In this document: positions 13,428 through 25,936 of the stretch, in pieces
Numbering within the stretch: the stretch's first letter is position 1
Layout of the letters: every line of letters begins with the position of its first letter
Source of the DNA: Squalus acanthias
Taxonomy: Eukaryota
Assembly (NCBI GenBank): GCA_030390025.1
Contig: CM059432.1
Span: 106,084,001-106,148,000 of the forward strand
Direction: 5' to 3'
DNA: 64,000 bases
The notes under the pieces: model-generated
Seen by the model: the letters and a program-made list of their open reading frames with translations, nothing else
What the model was told of the DNA's origin: nothing
Database searches by the model: none
Program-made: the position numbers and the translations under genes

Positions 13428-14689
13428 CTGAAAGTGAAAAAATATTAACTGATGTATTTCTCATATAGAAAATGCATGGCAGCAATGCATAAAGTTACTA
13501 ACCATTGCACAGAATGTAACAAAGACATCTTTTGAAAAACTAACTTTCCTGGTAGTCTATATGAATTTTTCAGATCTCAAAAAAGACTGTGATAATCTGC
13601 ACAGTTAAGCACAACTAGTTCGGACATGATACTGGATCTCTATTCTGGGATCAGCTCATACATATTTTCAAAGCATAGTAAATCAAAAATACAGTTTTAC
13701 TTCATACCTAAAGATTAGCCCAAGTCTATACAGATGAACAGTGATAAGGCCAGGAAAGCAGAGAGAGGATAGGCAGAGAAAGATGAAGGGTAAGCATGCT
13801 GACCTCAAATTAAAATAGACATAGACATTTCTCTGGATTTTTAGATACTTTGTGGGAACAGTGCCTTGTAAAATTCCCTGTAGGGTTGCCTTCGAGATTC
13901 GTAAGAGAAATACTCTTAGCTGCCTTTGGATGCCCATATAACATGGAGTTCAGCTGTTGAACCGAGTACTAGGAAATTAATAGTGAATACAGGCTTTTTA
14001 ACAATTAAGTCACAAAGTCATTATCCCTGGCTCAGGTCCAGTGAAGAAGCACTTAGTGAGTCGTAAACAGGTCATGACTCCTCATATTTGTATGCGTCCC
14101 TTTGTTAAAAGTAAGGCTATAGGTAAGGAGGAAACGTGGAGCCGGCCCACCTGGAGATCAATGCTTCAGTACTGACTTGTTGGGAATAACTGACACAAAA
14201 AGGAGTGGGCACTTCTGATACATGGGTCACTCAGAAGCAGCTTTTCTTTGTCTTTGGTAGAAGCAGCAAACTTTGCTAGTCTTTCTGTGTTAGTCAGAAG
14301 ATGACTTTTATTTCCTCTATTCACCTACTGGAAACTTTTGCCTAGCAGGTGTAAGAGGTATCCTTACCAGAACAAGGTATCTTTAAGGACAGTGTGTCAG
14401 AGGTTAGAGGCTAATTTCTGGCTACACCACCTCATTATAGGCAGAGCCAAGAGTGTCACTTGTCACAAGTAGTCTGAGATCAAGAAAGAATCCAGCTCAC
14501 TTATCAACACTCATGTAAGGCAGGTTCAGTAAGAACCGAAGATCCAAGTGAGACTGATAACTCCAACCCAGGGAAGGAAGGAGATTGACCGAACCATGCC
14601 ATTCGTGAGAATGAGATTGTGTAAGCTCTGGATGTTGTTAATCACACATGTATACTTGACCTATTCGGTAGACTGGCTATTGAAAGCTG

Positions 14690-16710
14690 TTAATTTGTCA
14701 GCTATCCAAGAAATTTCTCTAAAAGTAGTCTCACCAATTTATAACTCCCAACCTGGAAGTCCATTCCACGTGTTGATTACACTTTGTGTGAAGAAGAACT
14801 TCCAGTGGATGTGGTGTATTTGGACTTTCAGAAGGCTTTCGATAAGGTCCCGCATAAGAGATTAGCGTGCAAAGTTAAAGCACATGGGATTGGGGGTAAG
14901 GTACTGACTTGGATAGAGAACTGGTTGGCAGACAGGAAGCAAAGAGTAGGAATAAACGGGTCTTTTTCCGAGTGGCAGGCAGTGACTAGTGGGGTACCGC
15001 AGGGATCGGTGCTAGGACCCCAGCTATTCACAATATATATAAATGATATAGACGAGGGAACTAGATGTAATATCTCCAAGTTTGCAGATGACACAAAGCT
15101 GGGTGGGTGTGTGTGCTGTGAGGAGGATGCAGAGAAACTCCAGTATGATTTGGACAGGTTGGGTGATTGGGCAGATGCAAGGCAGATGCAGTATAATGTG
15201 GATAAATGCGAGGTTATCCACTTTGGTGGCAAAAACAGGAAGACAGATTATTATCTGAACGGCAATAGATTGGGAAAAGGGGAAGTGCAACGAGACCTGG
15301 GTGTCCTTGTGCACCAGTCGCTGGAGGTAAGCATGCAGGTGCAGCAGGCGGTTAAGAAGGCAAATGGTATGTTGGCCTTCATAGCGAGAGGATTCGAGTA
15401 CAAGAGCAAGGATGTCTTGCTGCAGTTGTACAGAGCCTTGGTGAGACCACACCTTGAGTATTGTGTGCAGTTTTGGTCACCTTATCTGAGGAAGGATGTT
15501 CTTGCTATGGAGGGAGTGCAGCAAAGATTTACCAGCCTGATACCTGGGATGGCAGGAATGACGTATGAAGAGAGATTTGGTCGATTAGGCTTATATTCGC
15601 TAGAGTTTAGAAGAATGAGAGGGGATCTCATTGAAACTTATAAAATTCTAACATGACTAGACAGACTAGATGTAGGAAGGCTGTTCCCGATGGCAGGGGA
15701 GTCCAGAACCAGGGGTCACAGTCTAAGGATAAGGGGTAAGCCATTTAGGACTGAGATGAGGAGGAATTTCTTCACCCAGAGAGTGGTGAACCTGTGGAAT
15801 TCTCTACCACAGAAGGCAGTTGAGGCCAATTCATTAAATATATTCAAGAAGGAGTTAGATATATTTCTTAAGGCTAAGGGGATCAAGGGATATGGGGAGA
15901 AAGCAGGGACAGGGTACTGAATTTGGATGATCAGCCATGATCGCATTGAATGGCGGAGCAGGCTCGAGGGGCCGAATGGCCTACTCCTGCTCCTATCTTC
16001 TATGTTTCTATGTTTCTGACATTACTACTATATTTGCCTTTTACTAGTTTGAACCTGTGTCCTACTGTCAATGTTTAGTTGTAGTAGTATTCAGGATCCA
16101 CCTTTTCTATACTATTTATTATTTTATATATCTCTATAAGGTAACCTCTCAGTTGCTTCTTCTCAATGTCAAAAAGCCCATGTTTCTGCAGTCTTTCCTC
16201 ATAACTCAGTCCTCTAACATTAGGAATCAGGCTTTGTGGCTCTTCTCTAAACTGCCTCCAGAATTTGAATGTCCCTTTTATGTCTAGATGATCAGAACTG
16301 CATTGCTAGCTATTTTAGCACCATTAAGTTGCCCGTTTTTTCCTCCTACACGAGGTATTTTACATTTGTCTATCAAGTTTCATTTGACATTGTTCCACCC
16401 ACTTACATATTTTGTTTAACTCATTTTGTAGTTCCCAAGCTGCCTTCTCAGATTCAACTCCCCTGCCTATCTTGGTATCAGTTTGCATTGAGCTCTGAAT
16501 CAAAGTCATTAATGTAAATTAGTAATGATAAGGATCAAAACCCCCACTCTGACGTAATAAGTAACCACTGCCTCCGACCAATTAGCCAATTTCTTAACCA
16601 CTCAAGTTTTACCTTGAATTCCCACTACTTTAAGTTTAACTAGCAGCCCTTTATGCATAACTTTGTCACATGCTTTTAAGAAGTCAAGATACAGCACAAT
16701 GCACTTGGGA
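14690..16710 (-). mobile_element. old degenerate CR1 interrupted by the young plus-strand CR1
   Basis: Decayed antisense CR1 sequence on both sides (ccattccacgtgttgattacactttgtgtgaagaagaact before; gcttttaagaagtcaagatacagc after); boundaries approximate. Confidence 0.65.
14796..16016 (+). mobile_element. 5'-truncated young CR1 (premature TGA at 15654-15656)
   Basis: ORFs 14784..15656 and 15690..15920; TTCTATGT tail; sits inside an older minus-strand CR1. Confidence 0.95.
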
Positions 16711-17070
16711 TATCACTTCTTCAGAAAAGTCAGATATACAGTCAAGTTGGAGTATTTGTCTGCAACTGGAGTATATGCAGAAACTTGATACCATCTTCCT
16801 AGGTTGGAAACCCTGAAAGATCGTAGCATGAATGCTGGGTCATTTTTTTGAGTTGTAAGCTTTTTTGTGTATACATCTGCAAGTGGCTGAAACATCATAC
16901 AAATACATAGAAGCTACAACACGGAAATAAGCCATTCAGCCAACCAGTTTGTGTTGGTGTTTACCTTCCATGCGAGCAAATACTCCTAATCACATTTAAC
17001 CTCCGTTCCTATATCCCTTTATCAGCTTTGTCTTCATCCACCTATCTGATCTAATCTGAATGCTAACATA

Positions 17071-17222
17071 TGGCAGAAATTTCTTTGGAGCTGCTCTTGC
17101 TCTGCTGCCGTAATTTCTCCAGAATTGTGGTGGAAATGCGATTTACGTAAATGGGGTTTCCGCTGCATTTCTGACAAAGTTACAGCGGCAGAGCGACAGT
17201 AGCTCCAAGGAAATTCCCAGCC
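17071..17222. mobile_element. 152-bp hairpin MITE inside an old CR1 3' fragment (about 16905-17285, minus)
   Basis: Imperfect palindrome along its whole length; ATA TSD at 17068-17070 and 17223-17225. Confidence 0.75.
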
Positions 17223-17945
17223 ATAGCTTCCTCCTCAACCACTAACCCTGGAAGTGAATTCCACTGCCTCACAACTCTGTGTATAGAAGTTGGAGATGAA
17301 AGTCAGCACTAAGAAGTTATTCATGTAGTGGTGGATAATGTCAGATGCTTCCTCGTTTGCCTGTATGATAGATATAACACTTGGATGGGATGGGCAGACC
17401 CAGGCCAAGGGTGTGGGTTACATCCTTTTGTGTATTACATTGCAAGTGTTCACATTATAGCTAGCAGTCACAGGGCTACCCGATAGATTTAAAAGCCTAT
17501 TTCTGGCAAGTATCAATTGAGTAAATTTTCAGAGACGCTGCTCCCCGAGAGGAGTCTCGCTCAATAGAAGCACAATTCAGAGAATTTGGCAACCAATTTT
17601 CTAGTCATTAATTTTAATCATCAAAGGAGATTTTACACCAGGAGCAGTGTCTCTGAATGTTTATCTCAATGAGTCTGATCTATTACATAGTATTTACAGC
17701 ACGGAAACAGGCCATTCAGCCCAACAGGTCTATGTCGGTGTTTATGCTCCACACAAGCCTCCTCCCACCTTGCTCCATCTCACTCTATCAACATATCCTT
17801 CTATTCCTTTCTCCCTCACATACCTATCTCGCTTCCCCTTAAATGCATCTATGCTAATCACCTCAACAACTCTACGTGGCAACAAGTTCCATATTCTAAC
17901 TCTCATCGTAGTTTCTCCTGAATTCCTTACTGGATTAATTAATGA

Positions 17946-18138
17946 GAAGTCGCACAACACCAGGTTATAGTCCAACAGCTTTATTTGAAATCACAAGCAA
18001 TCATATGCATTTCTTCACTTCACCTGACGAAGGAGCAGCGCTCCGAAAGCTTGTGATTTCAAATAAAGCTGTTGGACTATAACCTGGTGTTGTGCGACTT
18101 CTCACTTTTGTCCACCCCAGTCCAACACCGGCATCTCC
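17946..18138 (+). mobile_element. Penelope-like pseudo-LTR fragment with inverted duplication
   Basis: About 56-bp inverted arms (17943-17998 / 18049-18104), 14-bp TSD GGATT(A/T)ATTAATGA, hammerhead core and AATAAA. Confidence 0.75.
18020..18056 (+). ncRNA. minimal type I hammerhead ribozyme motif
   Basis: UCAC-CUGACGA-A-GGAGC(AGC)GCUCC-GAA-AGCU-U-GUGA: stem I, intact core, 5-bp stem II, palindromic stem III. Confidence 0.7.
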
Positions 18139-18834
18139 GGATTTATTAATGACAATCTTCTATTTATGGCCCCTAGGTTTGGACTCCCCACAGGTGGAAA
18201 CATCTTCTTACCGTCTACCCTATCAAACCCCTTCATAATTTTGAAAACCTCTATCAGGTCACCCCTCAGCCTTCTCTTTTTTAAAGAAAAGTGCCCCAGC
18301 TTGTTCAGTCTTTTCTGATAGTTACAACCTCTCAGTTCTGGTATCATACTTGTAAAACCACCAAACCTCAGCCAATTCATTCATCCCTAGTGACAGAGCA
18401 ATTATCATTTTAGCATAAAAAAGATGTCATCATTAACAATCCAGTAGCCTAAAGAAGTGAGTAGAGAGTGCTCTGTCCAGCGGAATGACAACAGCTGAGA
18501 ACTCTTCACAGTAATTAACTAGAGGGCCAGTGAAAGGATTTACTACTGATATTTAGTTCTCTTTTTAAAGTGAAATTATTTTAATCAATCATGTATATAC
18601 AACTCTTAACAGTTATTAATTATTTCCATCACCTTCTACAGATTTATCCCTGAAAAAAGTACAAATTTAGCTTTAATTTCATGTTTAATATTCTATATGA
18701 AAATGCTTTAGCCTCTTTTTTTCTATGATAGAATACATTAAGAAACAATGCCAAAGTATAGGTTTCACATAAAATATATTAAGTTATTTCCCCCAATAGT
18801 ATACTTACTTTTATACATACTTGAAAGAACTTAC

Positions 18835-18922
18835 CGCACATAACATTATACAGTTCAATATTTTCAAAGGATGGCACTTTAGTTTTATACTTGAAACTAG
18901 GTCCATAGCCTATAAAAACAGT
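18835..18922 (-). CDS. ENPP2: ENPP2 exon (88 nt) [29 protein letters not shown]
   Basis: TAG acceptor, GTAAG donor. Confidence 0.97.
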
Positions 18923-20730
18923 CTAGAGAAGCAATAAAACAAAACAAGAGAAATTAAAACATTAAATTATAACACCAAGATAACACATACAATGTATAAA
19001 AAATATGAAATTGATTGTTGATATTCAAGTAGGGTGAGTTCCTCATCTCAGCCAAGCTATCATAGGGAGAGTTAACAAGCACTCCACCATGAAGTAGGGA
19101 GAAATCAGGGGCTGGGTCCACCTGGATTGCTACTGTAATAGTATTAGAGTAGTATTAGCAAAGGGTTGGGAGCAGGTTGCCTGCTTGGCCTCTTGCTCAG
19201 AATGGTGCTGATATGGGCAACAAATATAACGTTTAAAAATCCCTCTCTCCAAATAGCTGGTTGATACAGTATAGTGGACCACTAAGCCATACAGATGAGA
19301 AAGATCGATCTCTAGCCTTTCCTCCGTTAGCTGAGCATTAAAGTTCAACAAAACAATAAAAATTGCCAGACTTTTTTTTGGGCGGGTGGGGATTGGGGGT
19401 AGGGGGTTGAAGGAAGCCGAGGATTTACAGTCCTAGATCATTACCCCTGCTGGGACTGCATGGATCCTTTACATATTGAATAAAATGGTGTATCTCTGAT
19501 GTGTGATTGTTAACTAAATGTTATTCTAACACAAAAAAACTTTCAATTCATTTTTAGGGGATGCTGAGGGGGAGGGCAATGTTTTTGTTTTAAAATATTA
19601 TACAATATTTTGGACAAGTAGTTCTGTTCAAATATTTTTTTTAAAAGACAGAATGGACTACAGTAGTACAACTATAAGTTGTGACATTTAGTATGATTTA
19701 AATTGGGTTTAAAGACATTGCAAAACCTTCTATGGTAAAGAAATATCAATTTCTCCCATTTTATAAATCCTGTTAACATCAGTGGGAAATCCATTACACC
19801 AAAAATATATGCCCAGGTTGCTACATGTAAATAACATGCAACTCTGCCTTTATGGATAACTTTAAATAAAGTCACTGTTTGAGCTGCATTAAATGTGGTT
19901 ATCAGTTTGGTACTGAATTCTATTATAAGAAAGAAAATGGGAATAAGGGGAAAGGGAGGAAAATTTAGTATGACCTTTCTCTCCCCCTTGTTACTTCTTT
20001 TTATAACTCAGCTCACAGCCCACCTATCTGTAGGATGTTGCCAGTGATGAAATTTGGCATCAGTCCTTTTCCCCAGGCAAAAGAACACTATTAAGAGGTG
20101 GGGCTGAGCCAACTTCCACAACACCAGTGCAATCTTCAGTTAAAACTACAGGCTATATTTCTACTAAGAACTATAGATAACTTTAGTTGTGGGTCCTGGG
20201 ATTGCTCTAGGTCCAAATAGCAATCTCTTGCTTACTCGAAGCAATGCTAAATCTCCAGTGCCAGCTACAACAACTGGGCAGATCAAGAACAGAGGCAGAG
20301 AGATGGATGCAGGAGCAGGTCTGCTGAGACCACGTGAAGAAAAGACAGGCTGAAAGTGGCCCCTGGGTTATAAAACAAACACCTATGATCTGGGCCCTTG
20401 TGGACTCACATCTATACCAGAATTTATTCAGCTTGGAAAACAAAATTCAGAACAGTAATATCATCTGATATGAGTTGTTATGAAATTGGAGTTGAAGGAA
20501 TTGCTGAAGAATAGAACACTGCAAACAATACCATATCATGTTTGGAAAGGGAGTGAAAGGCAGATTTGTACAGACAAAAATATAATTACGTTAAATATTC
20601 CATTAATCTGGGGTTGAACAAAGTTAAAACCCATTACACACCCCACACGATTTTCCTTCCCCTGCCGAAGTTGTAAGTTCTGCCCAAAGTTTTTAGTAAA
20701 GAATCACTCATTGAATCGTATCATTCCTAC

Positions 20731-20818
20731 CTGCATACTATTGATTTTATTGTCATAGCCATGGTCACCTTGAAAACTACATTTTCCTGAGACCTTTCTG
20801 GTGACATCCATTGGTTTT
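20731..20818 (-). CDS. ENPP2: ENPP2 exon (88 nt) [29 protein letters not shown]
   Basis: TAG acceptor, GTAGG donor; second GDHG motif. Confidence 0.96.
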
Positions 20819-22519
20819 CTAAATACAGAAGGGAAAGTTAACATGTGACTTCTTAAAGCACTAAAAAAGTACATTTTACATGCACAATAAGTTTGTTTGC
20901 TACATTATAAAGCTCCCTGGACTGAAATGGACTGCAGTGGTCTTTTCTGGTCTTGTAAATTCCTATAAATGGTCCATTGTATTATTTAGCTTTATAAGTG
21001 TGTGAATAGTGGTAAGGCAGTTTTTATCTTTGATTTATTTCTTGATCACAAGCCATTTTGCAGAAATGGTTGCATTAAGTATTTTTCCTCAAATTAATCC
21101 TCAATGCACCAATCCATCACGATAATATTTGTATTATACTTCTTCTACACTAATTTCAAAATACAAATACAAGATGTTACCTACAAACATTGAATTCTGC
21201 CCAAAGAAATATACAGATGGAATTTCTGTATACTGCTCTATTCATGTTTGTAATGCTGCAAAACATTTTTACCTGCTTTTTATTTCAAGCAACTAAACAT
21301 TACAAATAGGCTACGAGTTCAAACAGGAAAACCGGGAAACATTTAATAGTTAACTGTCCAGGTATAAACAATTTTTTAATTTAAAATGTTCAACATGGCT
21401 AGGAGTGAGTGCACACAGAGTATGCAATTTCCTTTTATCATTCCATGAAACAAAACTCCGTATCATCGCAGTGTACATTACATGCCACCAAAGCACTGAG
21501 GTGCAAACCATACTATACAGAGTCGGACATCTGAAGTGGAAGTATCAATTGCACTCAATACAAACTTCTTTTACTTCCATTTTGTACTATAGTAAACAAA
21601 CTACTTTTCTCTGTATATTTGAATGAATACCACAAGTAAAAGTACATTTCAAAGTAGTACTAAGACATGGGTTTGGAGGATACTGATAAACTGGCCAGTG
21701 ATGCAATCTCAAGCCTTGAGGCACTTTGAGCCTGTAATGGCTTATGGGTTATGCAAGACATATATTAATAATCTCTGTGGGTAAACGGCACTGAAAGTAA
21801 AACTACAAGTGTGACATGGCAATTTCAAAGTGATATTGCAAAGTTGGTTTAACTCGTTATCTTGGGCTAGAAGTAGTACAGTACCATAATCTTTACATGG
21901 AAGTGTTAGAAATAACTATACCATAGCCAGTCATGTGATACGTTACATATCACAATGTGAGGCTAACCAGATAACACATGAACAATTTTAGTGATACCGA
22001 TTATATTACATGATCTTGACAGACCCGCCACATAATTTAGTCTAAGAGATTCAGATAATGACAAACCCTAAGAGTACGGCTCACATGGTTCACACATTTT
22101 ATGTGAACACAGATTAATATAAAATGTTATTCTAATTTTTGTGAACTAATGTATATTGCAGTCTCAGCAAAGTGAAAACATTACTAGTAACTAGTTAAAA
22201 GAAAATCTTAAATTATACTGAAGCCTGAGGTTATTATAGTGTTACTGATGAATAGCACTGTCACAATTTACAGGGGAGTATAAGGGAATTAAGAGACTAA
22301 TATATACTTCCACAATCCAAAACCTGAAAAAAACAAAGAAGATAGTTGTGTACTGTACATAATGTAGTATAAGAATTATTAGTCAGTTTTAATGGATAGT
22401 CATTTACAGTAAAGAATTAAAATTGTGCAAGAATAGAGTAATTACTCTAAGGCGGCCAAATAGTTATCTTAAAACAGAAATAAGCAACCTATGGTTTGTA
22501 TGCAATTCAGGTTAAGTAC

Positions 22520-22647
22520 CTTGCTACCAGCCACTTCCTCTCAACCATTAAATGGACATCTTCAATTCTTCTGTTGTTGGCATAATGCAAACGTTTTGGG
22601 AGGTTCATCTTCAAATAGGGCTTGAAATGCTGCTCTGGCTTTTTACA
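22520..22647 (-). CDS. ENPP2: ENPP2 exon (128 nt) [42 protein letters not shown](R)
   Basis: TAG acceptor, GTACTT donor. Confidence 0.97.
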
Positions 22648-24522
22648 CTAAAAACAAATGAAGTTGAACAAATCATATAGTGCAAGGAGTACTGATAATA
22701 AAAAGCAACTCGTACAATGATTCAGCAGTAAATTACAGTTGCTTTTGGGGATGAAATAGTGATCATTTGTGAGCGGTGGAAACTGGTCTGTGCGAAAGCA
22801 AATTAAGTCACTCCACACAGCTCCTCCACTCAAGAACAAAACAAAGTCACGCACAGTATGGGTGACACAGAAACACCATTATATCACTACACTGATGTTT
22901 CTTTCCCTAGATACAAGCAGCAGATCTCAAATTTTACACAATACATTGTCTAACTAGATTTAATGCAAAGTAACAGGAGCAAATAAGGAGAATTCATATT
23001 CCCCTTGTAATTTTGATTTGCACAGTCAGTTTTAAAAATCTCACTGCATTGATGATGCAGTGCGCTGGAGCACCAATACACTGCAGCAGAGAGTGTGGGA
23101 TGTGGGTTTGTACGCAATATTCACTGCATTAAAAATTCCCCATTTCTGCCATGCCACTGTTAGGAGGCTCTAAACAGGGAGGAAGATAAGAATCCGGAAG
23201 AATTATACCTATCCAATCTCGCACACCTGCCATGACTCATTCCAGAGCAGTATTTATGGAGAATTGGGAGCTGGCCTTTTCAGCCATGGTCAGTATGTGG
23301 TACGAGCAGATCGACACATTAAGGAGAAAAGACCTTTTTTTTAAAAAAAAACTGCTCCCCACCGCCCGCCTTGAAACTTAACCTGACCTTATTAAAAAGG
23401 TTTTCCAGATGATGATCCTAAACCATTTCCCTAATGATCGTCACATTAGGGGAAGGAAAAAAAGGCATATCTAGAATGGATTTACATACCATAGTATCAT
23501 GCTATTGTGACATGCCATATGTGGGATTTGCAGCTTGGGTTCATTTACAGTTTTCCTTTTACTCAAAGGCAGAATTTGCTTCAGGGTAGTAAAGGTGTAA
23601 TAGATGGCCCTGTAGGTGACAGGGCATAGATTCATGCTCATGATTCTCCACACGAGGAATTTCTGAATTTGGTCGGAGCATCGCAGGGGTGGGTGCGGGG
23701 GGGTGAGTCCAGACGAAGCAGTGGCCAGAGGAACCAAAACAACCTGAACATGCATCAACCTGAGCGGCTCTTGAACATCTCTCGGAGTCTTACAATGACA
23801 GGAGTTTCCACCAGGTCATCTGCCCTATACTCTTGGCTTGGGAATAGATATTTGCCATGAGAGAATCAGAGAGGAATAAAACAAAAAAAAAGTTGAAAAG
23901 GAATATTGGGCAGTGGGGAAGTATTTTGTGATAAGTTATGGAAATCACTGGGAAGATTGGGGTAAGCTGTTACAATAGGGAATGAAAGGTAAGGTTTTCT
24001 GCGACTTCAGAGACTCTGGGCGCGAAATTTGGCTCAGTGGTGCCCATGGTTTGGGTGCTACGGGTGCCGTTCAGAGACCAAAATGGCGTCTGCTGCATGC
24101 GCACACTTCTGCCACGAATCACGCTGGATGCCATCTTGGTGAAGGCGTTAGCTTGCGCGGCAGCTAACATCCACTGGAAGTATGCAGAGCAGGCAGATCA
24201 TGCCGTCGTGCAACACTGATTTGACGTCAGCGGTGCCATTTTGGAGCTCCACGCTGCAGCCTATGCCCTCTCTTAACCTCGCACAGCTGAACACCTGTTA
24301 AGCAGCAGGAAGGACCTCCCACCAGCACTATTTAAAGGGATCATCAACTACTTACAGATTAGTTGCTGGTTGATTTCTTCTAGCTGTTGCTACGATTCTA
24401 CAAGTATTTGGTACTTTCTATAGTTGTTTCAAGTTGCAACCGTCTACAGGCAGTGGTGTGGCAGGTGCTGAAGGACTTTTTGTTGACTTCAAGGCTTCTA
24501 CACAAACCAATTGCTCCCAGAC

Positions 24523-24672
24523 ATGGGTGCACTAATAGGCCTTTCCCTTGAAATACAGCATGACTGGGAGAATGAGCAGAGGCCACGCAGAGCAGGACAA
24601 GTTGCCAGAAAGGGGGGGGGAAGAAGGGCTCTCAGCAGGAGGCCATATCTGCAGAGGGTCTTTAGGGAGCAG
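24523..24672 (+). pseudogene. N-terminal remnant of a Harbinger (HARBI1-like) transposase
   Basis: MGALIG...RRPYLQRVFREQ resembles the RVFR/RVYR N-terminal motif of Harbinger transposases; remainder deleted. Confidence 0.55.
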
Positions 24673-25936
24673 ATCTGTTGGAGAAAAGATTGCAGGAGTG
24701 CTGTGACACCATGCTAGACCCTTTGAAAAATTGTACCCGCAGCACTGATGGCAGCAGTCTGAGCTTCCACTGCACTCAGACGTTGGGTGGCTGCTGCTTG
24801 TGCTGCAATGGAAGCTGCCACATCGGCCATCAGACTCTGCATCATGGTTGGGTCCACAAGTGCGCTAATGGAGTTGGCCACCACTTCCATGCTGGAAAGG
24901 ATGGGCTCCAAGCTCTGCGCAAAGCCCTGTGTCACGTTGGTGCTGGACTCCGCCATGCTCATTGACATTGAACGCAGGCTTTCTGGCAGGCTTCCCAATG
25001 CACCAAGTATTTCATTGTGCATACCCATCAGCGTTCTTTTGTAGGCTGGCCCATTGAAGTCCCCATCCAAGTCCTCTGCAGCAGAAACTGTGTGTGACCT
25101 GGCCCTCCAGCGAGCTGGCACCTGCGCTACCATTGCCCCCTGCCCTGGCTGCAGCGCACTCGTGCCTGGTGTCTCACCACGTGCAGATCCCACCCCTAAT
25201 CTATCCTCTAAGATACACGCAGTGTCAGTATCTGAGCTGGTGGCTGCAAGCGTGAAATCAAGTGACAGTGCTGTGTCTTCATCATCACTCTCTTCTTGGT
25301 GTCCCTCCACTGCCTGGCCAGGTTGCACTTCTTGGGTGTCTGAAAGGAAAAAGACACAAGTTGTGGTGAGGGGAGGGGGATAAAGTAAGAAATGCATGCT
25401 TACACCATCTGCAGCTTGTAAATCAGAAGCGATTGTGGGATGAGGGGGAAGTGGGATGTGAGAAGGAGGATTAGGCATGAGGATACCATTATCTTCAATG
25501 GTTTCAGCCCCACTGCTGGCCAAGGCCTCAGCAATGGCCGTTCCAATAATGGCTGGCACTGTCTCCTCCATGGGGGTTAGGACATGCAAGCTCGCTTGTC
25601 CCCCTTCAGTTAGTTCCTGCTGCCTCCAGTTGTGCACCACCTTGTCCTGCAAGAGAGAGGGAAGTGTGTCAGTGAGTGTGGTGCAATCTGTTTGGGTGAT
25701 GTGGCTATCATGGTTGAATAGCTGTCAGTGTGTGCAAGCTGTGAGATGTGGGTGTGAGGGTGCGGTGGAGCATATGAATGTTAGGTATGAGTCCTGAGTG
25801 ACAGAAGTTGTTGGTAGGTGAGTGATGGGGGTGTGGTGATTTGAGCAGTGGCTGAGGCTAGTGGTGCAGTTGGTGGGATAAGGCATTTGAAGATGCATTC
25901 ACTGACCTTGACCACTCGTGTGAGGTCATTGAACTT

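Larger units (their letters stand above)
17685..18355 (-). mobile_element. CR1 3' fragment interrupted by a Penelope-like insertion
   Basis: ORFs 18102..18380 and 17742..17975 contain CR1 C-terminal peptides. Confidence 0.85.
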
